Source: a virus (taxonomy: Duplodnaviria; Caudoviricetes). From it: 64,000 nucleotides of DNA. Below, in pieces: positions 20,301 to 31,100 of this stretch. The position numbers were made by a program, and so were the translations under genes. The notes beneath the pieces are model-generated. The model was not told the DNA's origin. It searched no databases and saw only the letters and a list, made by a program, of their open reading frames with translations. The stretch covers positions 1,124-65,123 of the IMG/VR virus record IMGVR_UViG_3300033064_003431. The stretch is one strand, 5' to 3'. Each line of letters begins with the position of its first letter. Positions within the stretch are counted from its first letter, which is position 1.

Positions 20301-21850
20301 GGAATGAACTGATCCTTCGGGGTTATGCAGACATTGTTTACTGGAATGAGCCAGTGTTTGCCATAGTACTCATCAATGAAGCGATTAAACCACCCATATA
20401 TAGCATCTTCTGTGGCCTTGAGTTCTGCGAATCTTTTTGCACTTATTCCTAGCTTCTTCTTGGGATCGTCCACATCCTTCAGCATGAATTGAACTTGACC
20501 TTGTACCGATACCCAATGGGCTGAAAGATTAAAGGGGTCCTTACCGTTCGCTTCAAATTGTGGTATAGCTGCCCTAGCTCCTTGCAGAGCGTCTATTGAT
20601 TTGATAACCCCCTCCTTGAATCTCGGGTCGTCCCTACCCCCAAACCCTAGTTTGTTGTGAACCTCAGCGCACAAACTGTTTTCTTTACCCTTCAGCAGAC
20701 CGTAGGTTCTCCATGCTATAAGACTCGCAGAACACAATATCTCCTCTTCTGTGATCTCAAACATAGGAGGTAAATTATTGGGCAAGCCAGCGGCGCCCAG
20801 CATGTCTATTATCGGAGTAATATCAATCTTTGCGGTAAAATTAGGCCCATAGACTCTTACTGGTCGCCCTTCTGTATCATGTCCTAGCATCATAGCAAAT
20901 GTATCTGTCAGGTGTGCTTCTGCTAGATACTGAACACTATCCCCAATTACTATTCTGTTACTGGGTTCATAAATTTCTATATTTCCTATGCTACCAGAAA
21001 CTAGTCTACCAGTATTTTGTGCGTCAATAAACAGTGTTTTTATAAAATTCATAGGGGGTGCTTTGGTCCTATCTATAAGATATACGGTAGCTACCAATCC
21101 TTCTAATAAAATAGTATAATCACAACACAATAATTCGCAAGCCATGTCAATTAGTTCTGTAAGAGACATATGTAATGAGGTGGTTCTTGCGTATGGGGCT
21201 CTAGATATTAACAATGCTACGAGTGTGCTCATATTAACATATATTCTTCTAGCGCTAGTTGTATAAAATGCATCACCGAATGCCCCTAAACCACCGCTAT
21301 ATTTTTGTTGTACTTTTTGTAAAACTTTCCATAAAAATGGCCCTTGACTACCTCCTGCTTCACCAAAATTAGTACAATCATTTATTCTGGGCCAGTTCTC
21401 ACTATCCTCCCCTGGCGGACATATGGCCACATTCTCCTCTAATAACTTATTCATATTAATAAAATTAGCTATAATTGCACCAGGTATAGGATCACAATAG
21501 TAGGTTTTTAACAGAATCTGCACTCCCCCTAAAACCTTTTTAGGATCTATAATATCCATCCTATATTCAAAACTACTGCTATTTTCTGTATAGGTCACAG
21601 AATTGATGATGCCACCAAAAACTAACTTATCACAAATAAATTTAACTGGTGTTCCCATAGGGGGTAAATCTATGGTACCATCCACACAATTATCAACGAC
21701 GAGATCAAGACTCATGGTAGAACTACCTTGACCAATGCCCATGCTCACGCTACACCCCTTAAGTCTAACGGCGGAGCCCATAACCGGTAGATTAGTTTCA
21801 GCATCTAACAGACTAAATAAACTTTGAACGATTTGGCACTGGGTTGACAT
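17399..21850 (-). CDS. large tail-tip/baseplate hub-like structural protein
   Basis: 1483 aa, downstream of the tape measure gene. The N-terminal beta-rich region (SSTMSLDLV...FGGIINSV...IIDPKKVL) resembles hub proteins; the C-terminus is Pro/Thr/Gly-rich. Confidence 0.55.
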   Translation of the reverse strand: MSTQCQIVQSLFSLLDAETNLPVMGSAVRLKGCSVSMGIGQGSSTMSLDLVVDNCVDGTIDLPPMGTPVKFICDKLVFGGIINSVTYTENSSSFEYRMDIIDPKKVLGGVQILLKTYYCDPIPGAIIANFINMNKLLEENVAICPPGEDSENWPRINDCTNFGEAGGSQGPFLWKVLQKVQQKYSGGLGAFGDAFYTTSARRIYVNMSTLVALLISRAPYARTTSLHMSLTELIDMACELLCCDYTILLEGLVATVYLIDRTKAPPMNFIKTLFIDAQNTGRLVSGSIGNIEIYEPSNRIVIGDSVQYLAEAHLTDTFAMMLGHDTEGRPVRVYGPNFTAKIDITPIIDMLGAAGLPNNLPPMFEITEEEILCSASLIAWRTYGLLKGKENSLCAEVHNKLGFGGRDDPRFKEGVIKSIDALQGARAAIPQFEANGKDPFNLSAHWVSVQGQVQFMLKDVDDPKKKLGISAKRFAELKATEDAIYGWFNRFIDEYYGKHWLIPVNNVCITPKDQFIPIKVQEGDRYTLTDEPIDAGYPSVNQAFGMLGLMPGVNTSLFENGDGKITGFGKLRGNYRSTRKINGQDFEHEIFKGKLSAADCMFTVFRKAAKKRPAAEPAPAQSDSAEPAPAEPAPVDEIITLYQKIQTDGAVYSNLDLGTAEILITTEFIALAPVLANAGDRLTNFLRAVDFLFGSVVTGESNKMLDTKSINVYKCRNAAAGFESVVIPMKSNVYVYGPWTSSNPVVGSTVVVEDSSLNPWTSGGLNEMQAIGQSIADQGVRYSNVEESGSITLAELPGYSINYFLDQQVLIDSIVLSYGSVGATTAYSFKQHAQKFGSYQQTISNMIRTNTRERNSILSRLRKQRNDRRMGIAKIANTIDLLRHPEQEASPGFCLMGIYNHPIQKDLSTKTPASKSTSSSAPSTATSKSSTPEEICKQRCKESDDPTDPATEGSKVRNSHGCYIFDANDWSSFSYGEDTNDIQNYAALSLDALFAPVSILGRGDRLPRYTTGLSSKILCKSRPPMPPTDQHPCPGIYQKYLNPILNIAQLEAWDDRKNDTDIGVSISRISFGTDLTLIFSALDGRYDEATDFGFFALKGPLVLQSWGYDTQGKPIPNEVDVETDVCAGKFAQTRLTNKFMKNWLGNPRTWPVAPIDLRYDRDRGVWVSPPPDRIVVARLSETLSPNKSAKAQLLNPDITTTGSGSTTDFLNDYVVDGNAGENLVPDMKKGSTNSIITIDDYLGVETKSGTIVYAMRNDQRYIILGSSQAGLNFIAPPSSKQSLSTETGPNKGNYVITQLGDQQCDECKPKEEEFCPTDACGISDCVKDIYGRTLKPVISKAGETALEPPFKDADVTIPWGGTSATEGPFGRSSKLPAYSSFASGVLGIDSEGCLKIYPLTSCGIVAPPVTTTIDTNPPGGSPGAGGTATVSTPPNDPEPAATPEPPTSGGGATTATTGSPSDGITVNTNGTFIITFDGDSQEV
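19948..20010. repeat. 15-bp in-frame tandem repeat (AEPAP linker)
   Basis: GAGCTGGTTCGGCAG occurs three times, with one degenerate unit (AATCTGATTGGGCAG) between copies 2 and 3. Confidence 0.85.
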
Positions 21851-21868
21851 TATATTTCTGTTCCTGTT

Positions 21869-24800
21869 TTAGGGGGTGATTGTGTATGGAATATCTTTGG
21901 TGGGACATTTATTAAAAACTAGATTGATGGACTCCTTACTATTTTGTGTTACTGAAACGGTATGTGTATCGTTTAGTAGCCCGTGTATTTTTAAATAATT
22001 CTCATCACCCTGTATTGTATAGACTCCTGGAAGTAATTCTAAAGACACACTATAAAAGTATGTTTGACTTCCCCCTGTTTTCTCTGTGATTGTATAAGTA
22101 CTTCTTGCAGGGGTAACAACTATACTCAGTGTGCCCGTCTGCTTGGGCGCAGAGGATGGGGGTTTGGGTGCTGGTGGTATATAAGTCTCTGGGTCGCTGG
22201 GCCATCCACTGAATCCATGGTCTACCGGAACTCGCGTAGGGGAGGGATTTCTGGAGATAATACCGTCTACAGGAGGAGTATTGGGAATGCCGGGGGAGAT
22301 AAGTTCTGGTGGTGGGGCTAGTATGATGATAATTTTAGCCTTGGGTATTGTTGCTACTGCATCCTTAGAAATATCTATAATTTTATTTAACATATCTATT
22401 CTAACTATTCTAGTATCAGTGGCTAATCCTTTTGCAATGAGTATCTCTCCTTTTTTAAGTAGACCAATATTGCCACCCACAACTTTAATTGTGCTGGTCA
22501 TGTTGGTTATGTCTGCCAAAATATCTCCATGTAGACGATCTCTACTTATTATAGTCAGTCTAGTATTTTCGCAAGTATCATTAGCTGCTTTTGATAGAGT
22601 TAGAGAATTATCTCTGATACTAGTAATAACAGTATTCGGATCAATACAATCTCCCAATACCACCATTTTGGTTTTCACTATTGTTATTTCGCCTTCTGTC
22701 ATATTATGAGAGACTTCACTACTCTCCTTGGTTGTGGAACACCCTATGAGGTTCACGGGCTCATATATGCTAAATATTTTCTCCGGAATATCTACCAATA
22801 TACTGTTAGAATCTATAACATTATTTAACACTAGATATGAAGATACCTCAGGAAACATTTTTATTTGTTGGCCATACTCTTTCATCGTAACATCTGTTAA
22901 ATTAACATTTTTAAATTCTGCAGATATCAAAGAAGGACTATTATCGAATATGTCTTTAATAATAACTTCTAAATAACAAGATGGTAAATTAGAAATTTTA
23001 TTAATATTTTCTACGAGCTTACCATCTATAAAAACAGGGTCTAGTCTTGCTTCTGTATTGGTTTTAGGTAAAGCTGGCTGTAAACCAAGCTTATATTCTA
23101 TTTTATATTTGTTCTCTACGGTTTTTTTCTTATAATCATAGTATTCTATTCCTGTTGTAAAATATGAATAGTTATCCATGTCTATGTCTATACTAAAGGG
23201 AATAAACTCTTCGAATATCTGATACTGCTTTGGTCCATCTATAGTAACCTCAAAACTTCCATTGGGCATATTAGGTAATATTAAGCAGCTTTCGCTATGG
23301 TCTACCTTGGTAATAGTTGTTGAACCACTAGTGTCTTCTTTGGTAACAATCTTGACTTTTATGGGATTAGCGGAAGGCATATTCATATACCTCTGTAGGG
23401 TCGTTTTTAAGACAGGAAACTTCTCATCAGGATTAGCGGAGATCGTTATCTCATATGACCCGGGAGACAACCCAGATACCTTATAGTAGTATACCAGTTT
23501 GTCTGGATCTGAGGTAGATGTTATGCTTTTATAGTTAGAGACAAATATAGATGGATAGGCTATGGCTGGTCTAGTATTATCTACTGTTTTTGTTGTGATA
23601 TCTAATACAGGAGTAAATAATAGGGTTGGATCCGCAATAGATTCCACCGAGCAAAAACAGGTGCCATAAAAATTTGGGTTATCAACATTTAGATCCCCAG
23701 AAGGGAACCTTCTATTATTTGGATCGTAGCTTCTGGGAGCAAAAATATCTTGCATATTAAACTCGATTTTCCCATCTTTTATGTGAACAGGATCACTTTG
23801 AAAGTAGGAGATAACACCATCTGTATTTTGCGCACCAATATAATATGTTCCTGGCTTCACGTCTGTTATTATATAATTAAGCTTATCGTTGTTAACACTC
23901 TCTTTGGTAGACACAGATATATTCTTGCTCGGAGTTGTTTCTCCAAAACTGTCTTCTACTATTGCAAATAAGCCCACAACCAGAGGACCTAAAGATGGAT
24001 AGGTGTTCAAATCTCCCACATCTGGAGAAAAAGCGCTGTTTGTGGCTACCTTAACGTTTATAGTCCCCTTATATGAACGAGTCTCTTCGTCGTAAGGGGC
24101 TACAGCACCATTAGTATCAATCGTCTCTATTCTTGTTGGGGCAGGCTCTATGACAACAAAGAAGGTTGGGGCAGTAGCCCACACCTGAGAAGGAACTTCT
24201 GCTGGAGCATCAATGAACGAGTATGGCACATATTCCTTCTCCCAATTTGTGGGTGGATCATTACCCAAGTTGTTACCATATGCTGTGCGACTGATAATTT
24301 GTACACAATATAGTCCAGCGGATAACCCACCAATCGAATATTGGTGAGAACTATGGTTCGTTGTCACAACTATATCTTTCAGATTAGGATCTTCTGGGAA
24401 ACGCTCCACAAGTCTCTCCGTGAGATCAGTCTTTGTATCCCTAAACTGTAGTAGGCTACTATCCCACACCTCTGCTGTTCCCTTTGCTACTTCGTTTAGC
24501 TTTATATAAGAGTGTGAGAGGGAGGGGGGGTCGTCGTTGTTTGGCTCGAGACGTTGCCATGAAACAGCAAAAATACTATTAGTAATGTTTATGTCTGTTA
24601 AGAAAATCTTTCTTGCCCAAGGCTTTATCTTCGAATCTACACCCCATGTTACGTTAGATATCTTAACCTTTGTTTTCTTTGACACACCGGTACTTATGTC
24701 TCCTGTCGGAATTCGTGTGCTTATCCCGATGCGATTACTAATCCAGGTATCCCTATCCTGGTCTTTGGTTTTTTGCGGACTCCAGAAGGCGGGCCCACAC

Positions 24801-25069
24801 GGATAAGTACTCACCGTTTCCGGGTTCAAGAACTCAGAAACACAGAGTCCCGTAGGATATGGATAGTTCTGAGATGCTACAGACGACCAAGAGTGAGCAC
24901 AATTATTATAGGTGGTCTTAATACTATTCCCTGTGGTATTACTATAAGGAATATTAATAGGTCGATTATTCTCTGGTTGCAAGCCCGAGCAGAATATCTG
25001 TACTAAGTTATTAGTATTAATTTTTAATGATACCCCAGAATAATCAGGGTATGAGTATAGAAAACTCAT
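21869..25069 (-). CDS. virion structural protein with Ig/FnIII-like beta domains
   Basis: Repeated (V/I)xGLxPGxY motifs (GGLSAGLY, DVKPGTY, SGLSPGSY, ELLPGVY), within the tail module. Confidence 0.55.
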   Translation of the reverse strand: MSFLYSYPDYSGVSLKINTNNLVQIFCSGLQPENNRPINIPYSNTTGNSIKTTYNNCAHSWSSVASQNYPYPTGLCVSEFLNPETVSTYPCGPAFWSPQKTKDQDRDTWISNRIGISTRIPTGDISTGVSKKTKVKISNVTWGVDSKIKPWARKIFLTDINITNSIFAVSWQRLEPNNDDPPSLSHSYIKLNEVAKGTAEVWDSSLLQFRDTKTDLTERLVERFPEDPNLKDIVVTTNHSSHQYSIGGLSAGLYCVQIISRTAYGNNLGNDPPTNWEKEYVPYSFIDAPAEVPSQVWATAPTFFVVIEPAPTRIETIDTNGAVAPYDEETRSYKGTINVKVATNSAFSPDVGDLNTYPSLGPLVVGLFAIVEDSFGETTPSKNISVSTKESVNNDKLNYIITDVKPGTYYIGAQNTDGVISYFQSDPVHIKDGKIEFNMQDIFAPRSYDPNNRRFPSGDLNVDNPNFYGTCFCSVESIADPTLLFTPVLDITTKTVDNTRPAIAYPSIFVSNYKSITSTSDPDKLVYYYKVSGLSPGSYEITISANPDEKFPVLKTTLQRYMNMPSANPIKVKIVTKEDTSGSTTITKVDHSESCLILPNMPNGSFEVTIDGPKQYQIFEEFIPFSIDIDMDNYSYFTTGIEYYDYKKKTVENKYKIEYKLGLQPALPKTNTEARLDPVFIDGKLVENINKISNLPSCYLEVIIKDIFDNSPSLISAEFKNVNLTDVTMKEYGQQIKMFPEVSSYLVLNNVIDSNSILVDIPEKIFSIYEPVNLIGCSTTKESSEVSHNMTEGEITIVKTKMVVLGDCIDPNTVITSIRDNSLTLSKAANDTCENTRLTIISRDRLHGDILADITNMTSTIKVVGGNIGLLKKGEILIAKGLATDTRIVRIDMLNKIIDISKDAVATIPKAKIIIILAPPPELISPGIPNTPPVDGIISRNPSPTRVPVDHGFSGWPSDPETYIPPAPKPPSSAPKQTGTLSIVVTPARSTYTITEKTGGSQTYFYSVSLELLPGVYTIQGDENYLKIHGLLNDTHTVSVTQNSKESINLVFNKCPTKDIPYTITP

Positions 25070-26577
25070 TATTTACACTCCATAAATTCTATTGTACGAT
25101 TATAAGACTTAGCATTAGTAGTATCAGATTGACTTATGATTATCCAACCGGGATTTCCAATGTAATTCTTTGTCTTTTCTGCAAATGTCGCATTCACACA
25201 TTTGGTTGTTTCAGCTATTTTGGTAGTATCACAACCAGACAAGTTCCCATTCACAGTAACTCTTACTGTATGAGGACTCATGCCGACATCTTGTAGTACA
25301 GAATTCTCTCCAGGAATAATGATCTCAACAACTATCGGTGTTGGGAGTTTCTCGTCTACGGTAAAGGTCAGAGCTGTGGCCCCACCCGGCTTACAAGAGT
25401 CTATGTCAGCAAATTCCGCATTAAAAGTTATACGCCCTGACACACCAGAAATAGTGGTACTACTAGATACTCTTTGATAACAAGATGGTGCTGGTTTTGG
25501 CTCACAATCGGCATCGGGGCGTTTGACACCGGCTGGTGGCTCTGGGATATCTCCCGCAGGCGCGGGTGTACCTGGCCAAGTTCCAGCCTGTATTCCGGCT
25601 TTAATAGCGTTCCAAACAGCTTTAGCATTGTCTAGTCTTTCTTTTTTGCATACTCCGTTCTTTAAGAATGAAGTATCTTCAGATTGCGATAAGCCATCAA
25701 TTGTTCCTTGTATAGACTTGTTTATTCTCTTGGTGTTTGCATCAGTCGTGTCTGTGGTATTAATATCTACAAATGCTGTGGGGTTACACGCTCCGTTGGT
25801 CATAATCAAAGAAAATGACCACGTTACAGATCCATCTGCCGTATTTATGTCTATATTTTTTGTATCCAACCACTTTTTCCACGAGCTATAATCCGCTAGC
25901 TTTTTATACAGCTTAGATTCACCAAAACTAGCCATCATCAAACTCTTATATCTTTTTTTGATCAACTTAATACAAGCAGCAGATCCCGTTGTATTCTCTC
26001 CACAAATTTGACCACTAGACATTGAGGAGACTGATATGGTACCATCAAGTTTCACATAGGACTTAATAACATTTAGCACAGGGTCTACCAAAGTTAGATT
26101 AGACTCTTCTCCTTGTACGGTAACGCGTTCTTCATACTTGCCAACACCCTTCAAATCCTCTTCGGTAAAACTATCATATCTCTTTAAAAATTCTGGATCT
26201 GGAGCAACTATAGGCTTTGTACCATCTGCTTTTGTTTCGATAGCTATTACTATGTTATAACTAGCAATACACGGCTGATCTCCGCTTGTGGCGGTAGCAG
26301 ATCTAATTTTACCCAGACCCTCTAAAAATGTTGGATCTCCAGAACAGCCTATAATTAAACGACGACACTTTTTACGATCAAGACTTCTTATTTCATTCAT
26401 TTGATCAATAATATCGGAACAATCATCTTTTTTAGCAAGCAATGTTCCACTCAGAGTAACAAGTAGTACCCCTCCAATGGTGTAATTTCCGCTCTTAGCA
26501 TATTCATAAGACGTACTCACAAATGGAGAAGGTCTGTAAAATTTACCATCTAAACTAACGCTATCATATTCACTCAT
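25069..26577 (-). CDS. tail-tip/distal-tail-like structural protein, paralogue B
   Basis: Located in the tail module and clearly similar to 26592-28088 (IGG..V.LSG, WKKWL..K.IDI...DG.V, AFVDIN, I.GTI.GLS). Confidence 0.55.
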   Translation of the reverse strand: MSEYDSVSLDGKFYRPSPFVSTSYEYAKSGNYTIGGVLLVTLSGTLLAKKDDCSDIIDQMNEIRSLDRKKCRRLIIGCSGDPTFLEGLGKIRSATATSGDQPCIASYNIVIAIETKADGTKPIVAPDPEFLKRYDSFTEEDLKGVGKYEERVTVQGEESNLTLVDPVLNVIKSYVKLDGTISVSSMSSGQICGENTTGSAACIKLIKKRYKSLMMASFGESKLYKKLADYSSWKKWLDTKNIDINTADGSVTWSFSLIMTNGACNPTAFVDINTTDTTDANTKRINKSIQGTIDGLSQSEDTSFLKNGVCKKERLDNAKAVWNAIKAGIQAGTWPGTPAPAGDIPEPPAGVKRPDADCEPKPAPSCYQRVSSSTTISGVSGRITFNAEFADIDSCKPGGATALTFTVDEKLPTPIVVEIIIPGENSVLQDVGMSPHTVRVTVNGNLSGCDTTKIAETTKCVNATFAEKTKNYIGNPGWIIISQSDTTNAKSYNRTIEFMECK

Positions 26578-26591
26578 ATGTATACCAATTG

Positions 26592-28088
26592 TTAAGGACA
26601 GGTTTGTATATACTCTTGATCTTCTGTGTAAGATGTATTGGTAAATGTTTTAGACCATGCTATACGTAAATAAGTTTTATTCTTCCAATTCTCTTCTAAC
26701 CACTCAAGGATCCCAGTATTGAAAGAGGTACCAGCATCGGTGCACTTGGCCGGAAGAGCAGGAGGATCACATAAACCAAATGCCGCATCCCCCTCTTTGG
26801 TATATGTTAAACGAACTCTCTCGTTTTTAAACGAGCCCAATCTTTGCATCATGGTGCCATATCTAGGAATACTGTGTGAAGAGAATTGTTCTGTGGCTGG
26901 GGTGATGACGATAGATAAGTTTTCTGTTGCTCCATCACTACCCACACACGCATCCGCCCCATTGGCTGTGGCCCATGATATAGAGAAATTTAGGTCTCCC
27001 GTTATTCTATTGACCGACACAGAAGAAGTCGTGGGTTTCAAGAGCCCTGGAATATCGGCCGCATTAGTATTGGTACACGCAGTAGCTATTGATGATGGTT
27101 TTGGGCAACCGGGTTTTAACACGAGTTTCAAAGGTAAATAATTTAACAAAAAAGTGTCGTCATGTTTTTGTATTATCGCAGCCATCTGATTAAATACCGC
27201 TATAGCATTACCCACTTTATTATTAGAACAAACACTTGATAGTGTTACTAGATCGGTCCAAGATATAGTAGACAATCCCTGTATATTTCCTGAAATAGTG
27301 TGTGTCTCTGATTGGGGATCAGCGTACGTATCAGAAGTAGTAAAATTAATATCTACAAAAGCAAACAGAGGAGCACAGTCCTTATCCACCAGCATAATAC
27401 TAGCGCTAAAAGATACGACCCCATCACTACTAATATCTAGACTTCTACTACCCAAATATTTAGTCCAATTTTTATAATCTTTAAAACTATCAGAGGTAGG
27501 ACCCCCATAAACCAAAGTTTCCAATATGTCCATAGCAGCTCTATCACCATTACTACTACAAAATGGTTCACACTTAATACTCATTTTTGTGCTCCATTTA
27601 ACAAATGTCTTACTTAACTCAAGATCGGCCGCTCCCCCCCTCTCTTTTAAAGTAAATGCATACCCATGAGATTCATCCCCCAAAGATAATGATTCAGACT
27701 GAGAGAACTCTCTAACGTTATCTGAAGCAACAAAATTAAACCTATTACCTGGAATCGTTGTCATTGGAGCAGTCAATTCTATGCTAAACTCTCCCTGATT
27801 AATCCATGCTGGGTCTGGCCCCTGGGGGATTGTTACGTTATCTATTCTGGCTCGACCAGTATATGCCGTTGTTATTATGTCTATACAATCCGCTCTGGCC
27901 CCTAACTCCCTGATGGCTTTTAATTTACCCATTATTTCCACCCCAGAGTTACCCACTATGGATCCACTAATAGATATTTTACGAACCCCTCCTATAATTT
28001 CTCCGTCTGCGGTACGGAAAAATTCCTCTTCCACAGTTGATATAGGACTGACTCCTAGATTTGCTCCACCTACGATAGTATCTGCCAT
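26592..28088 (-). CDS. tail-tip/distal-tail-like structural protein, paralogue A
   Basis: Same shared motifs (IIGGVRKISISGSI, WTKYLGSRSLDISSDGVV, FAFVDINF, ISGNIQGLS). Confidence 0.55.
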   Translation of the reverse strand: MADTIVGGANLGVSPISTVEEEFFRTADGEIIGGVRKISISGSIVGNSGVEIMGKLKAIRELGARADCIDIITTAYTGRARIDNVTIPQGPDPAWINQGEFSIELTAPMTTIPGNRFNFVASDNVREFSQSESLSLGDESHGYAFTLKERGGAADLELSKTFVKWSTKMSIKCEPFCSSNGDRAAMDILETLVYGGPTSDSFKDYKNWTKYLGSRSLDISSDGVVSFSASIMLVDKDCAPLFAFVDINFTTSDTYADPQSETHTISGNIQGLSTISWTDLVTLSSVCSNNKVGNAIAVFNQMAAIIQKHDDTFLLNYLPLKLVLKPGCPKPSSIATACTNTNAADIPGLLKPTTSSVSVNRITGDLNFSISWATANGADACVGSDGATENLSIVITPATEQFSSHSIPRYGTMMQRLGSFKNERVRLTYTKEGDAAFGLCDPPALPAKCTDAGTSFNTGILEWLEENWKNKTYLRIAWSKTFTNTSYTEDQEYIQTCP

Positions 28089-28114
28089 AAGTATTTCCTT
28101 GTCCTATATTATAA

Positions 28115-31100
28115 TCAGGTCCTATTTTTTAACAACAGTATCTCCTGATGTAATTCTTTAATAGAATTTACTAATAAAGATATCATACCCATATAGTTAA
28201 TATCTTTAACCATATTATTCTCGTCTCTGATAACAAATTCTTCTAATCCCTGATCAGCAATATCTTCTGCTATAAAACCAGCCAATTGTTTATCCTGATT
28301 AAGAAAATTATAATAAACAGGTTTTAGCTGTACTAGATCTGAAATCCCCTTGTCATAGTCAGTAATACGATCTTTAAATCTACGAGAACTACTGGTTTCT
28401 CTAAGAATATTACTAGTATCCACAACCAACGAGCTACCCACACCTATGGGCCTATTAAGATACTGAATACCACTTTGACAATTAATGGTTAATAAATTCC
28501 CAGAAACTGAAATAGGATGACCCAGACCACTACTTAGAACATTGATACCACTAGTGGAGATATTAATACTATGTAAATTATTTGTTGATAAACCCACTAG
28601 ACTACTACCAGTCATAGATATTGTATTACCATACATAGCAACCACTCCGGTACTACTTATATTGGCTCCTAATCCCCCAGAGATATATACTGATCCTGTG
28701 TGTAAGATATTAATACCAGTAGTAATAAGAGAAATCATATCAGTATTATTTTTATGTAGATCTATATTGGCCCCAGAAGCAAAAATATCAGCAGTTGCTA
28801 AAAATTGGATATTAGTATGAGAAGTAAGATAGGTGTCACTACCTGCCCAATTTAGATTTTTACCCATTAAGAAATTATTATTACCCGTTGTTGTTGAGCA
28901 ATTAAATCCTACTATAAAATTATCTATGCCCGTAGCAGCACAAGATCTACCAATAACCACCCCTCCTTTACCCTTAACACTATTTTGATATCCAATAGCA
29001 ACACCAGTACCACTAACAACAATATTATTGCCTAGTCCAACAGCAAAACCTATAGCGTCTACTCCGCTAGTGGTAACAGTATTAGACTGTCCAACCGCCA
29101 CAGAACCACCAGCAACAGTACCTTGTACAGTATTACCATAGCCCAAGGCCACAGAATAATCATTATAAGCACCATTATAAGATCCACATGACACAGAGTA
29201 TAGACCACTATTATGATTATTGTTACCAATAGCCACACCAAATGCTTCTGATGCAGAATTACTGTTGCCTAAAATAACTACACCTAAATCTCCACTAGGT
29301 AAACACTCGTTAGCTCTACCAAAGATTGTGCTGTTGGTACCAGAACAAATAATATCTCTACCTATTAATACATTGGTATTTCCGCTAGATACAATATTTT
29401 GTCCATATATGATAGTACCAGTACCACCAGCAGAACTATTGTTTAAGCCATAGCCAACATTAATACCACTTAATCCTGCGTCTCCTATTAGAACCTGATT
29501 GTCTTGAATTTGTATTACGGGCTTTACCACCCCTCCCACCATGATATTAGCAGAAAATTTAGAATATTCATTACCAGCAGTTGTTTGATGAATATTGCTG
29601 GTTAGTGCTAACCCTGTTTTAATAACACCGCTAGTGTTCAAAAACTCCAAAGACACAGACTGTGCTATGCCACTGGTGGGTGTGGGGGTTTTATTAAGGA
29701 TAGATAGTTTAGTATTGGCATTTAATTTTGAAGATAAAGATACTACTCCTGTGGTACTAATACTAATGTAGTGATCTGCGTCTGCAACCAAATAGGTATT
29801 ATCTTTATATATAGCTCCACTTAAAGCAATGCCAGTGCCACCTATTATAAATATGCCTGTACCACCCACAGTATGACCTTGTCCCACCACCCCACAACTT
29901 AAACTACCACTATGGATAGTATGATTATTACCAATCATTGTGCTATTCGTAACACCAGTAGAGGTATTGGTATTGCCCAACAAAACATTGTTTCCACTAT
30001 TTGCACAATCTTTACCCACAATAACACCACTAGTATTAGTATTATTAATTCCTATGGTGGTGGAAGTTGGTCTCAAAGACAATGCCGTTTGAGATATTCC
30101 ATTATTAATAATCTCTATATATGCTGAAGCTTGTTCTATTCCTGTGAGCTGAGAATCCGCAGAGGCATATAATTTAGCATAAGATAGACCAGAGGCATTA
30201 AAGAACACAGAGCCCAACCTATCGTTTGTTAAACTACCACTCAGAGCGGTGTTGCTTAATACTACTGTAGGACCTAAACCACTAGAATGGATTGTCACAC
30301 CCGTATTACCTACCGTGCCTGTGTGAACGATATGTAATTTATCTAATGGGCTTGAAGTATTAATACCAATATTACCAAGTCCAGCATCAACAAACAATAA
30401 ATGAGAAATACCACTTCCTTCTATTCTAAAGTCTTTATCTTTAGATTGTTCATTAAATACAACTGTTTGTGTACCAGTGGGTAATATAATATCTGCACTA
30501 GCGAGAATTCCTGTGCCCCCCACCAACAAAGAGGAGCTACTCAAATCCCACTTTAACCCATTGACTCCACTAAAAGCACCACTGTTAGAGAATTGAATCA
30601 AACCATCATTTCCGTATGCATTCATAGAGTCCTGAATAGAGTCTAACACTAGCCATCCCGTAGCAGATGGCACAGACACAATCTGCACATAGTCATTTCT
30701 AATAGATAAACTATATGTGGATTGTCCAGATATGGTTTGTGCTCCGGATGGATCAAGTACCACAGCATCTGTTTGATTCTGATCATCATTTGTTGTGTCA
30801 TTTAATAAAAATCCCATAATAATAGGATCTATTTGACCATCTACTGTGGGTAATGATACAGTAATATTAGCAGCTGTAGCATCTAAAATATATGTGGCTG
30901 GCATATACGGGGGACTAAAACTCACTCCTGTGTGTTCAACATTAAGAAAACCATTATTAATAATATCTTCTGTAATTGCTGTTGTTAGGGTTTTTGTACC
31001 AGCACTAAAAATAACCTTAGCATTACTATTACTAGATTTAATCACCCTATCTCTAACAAAAGTTGTGATACCACCACTATTAGTAATATGGCCAACCCCA

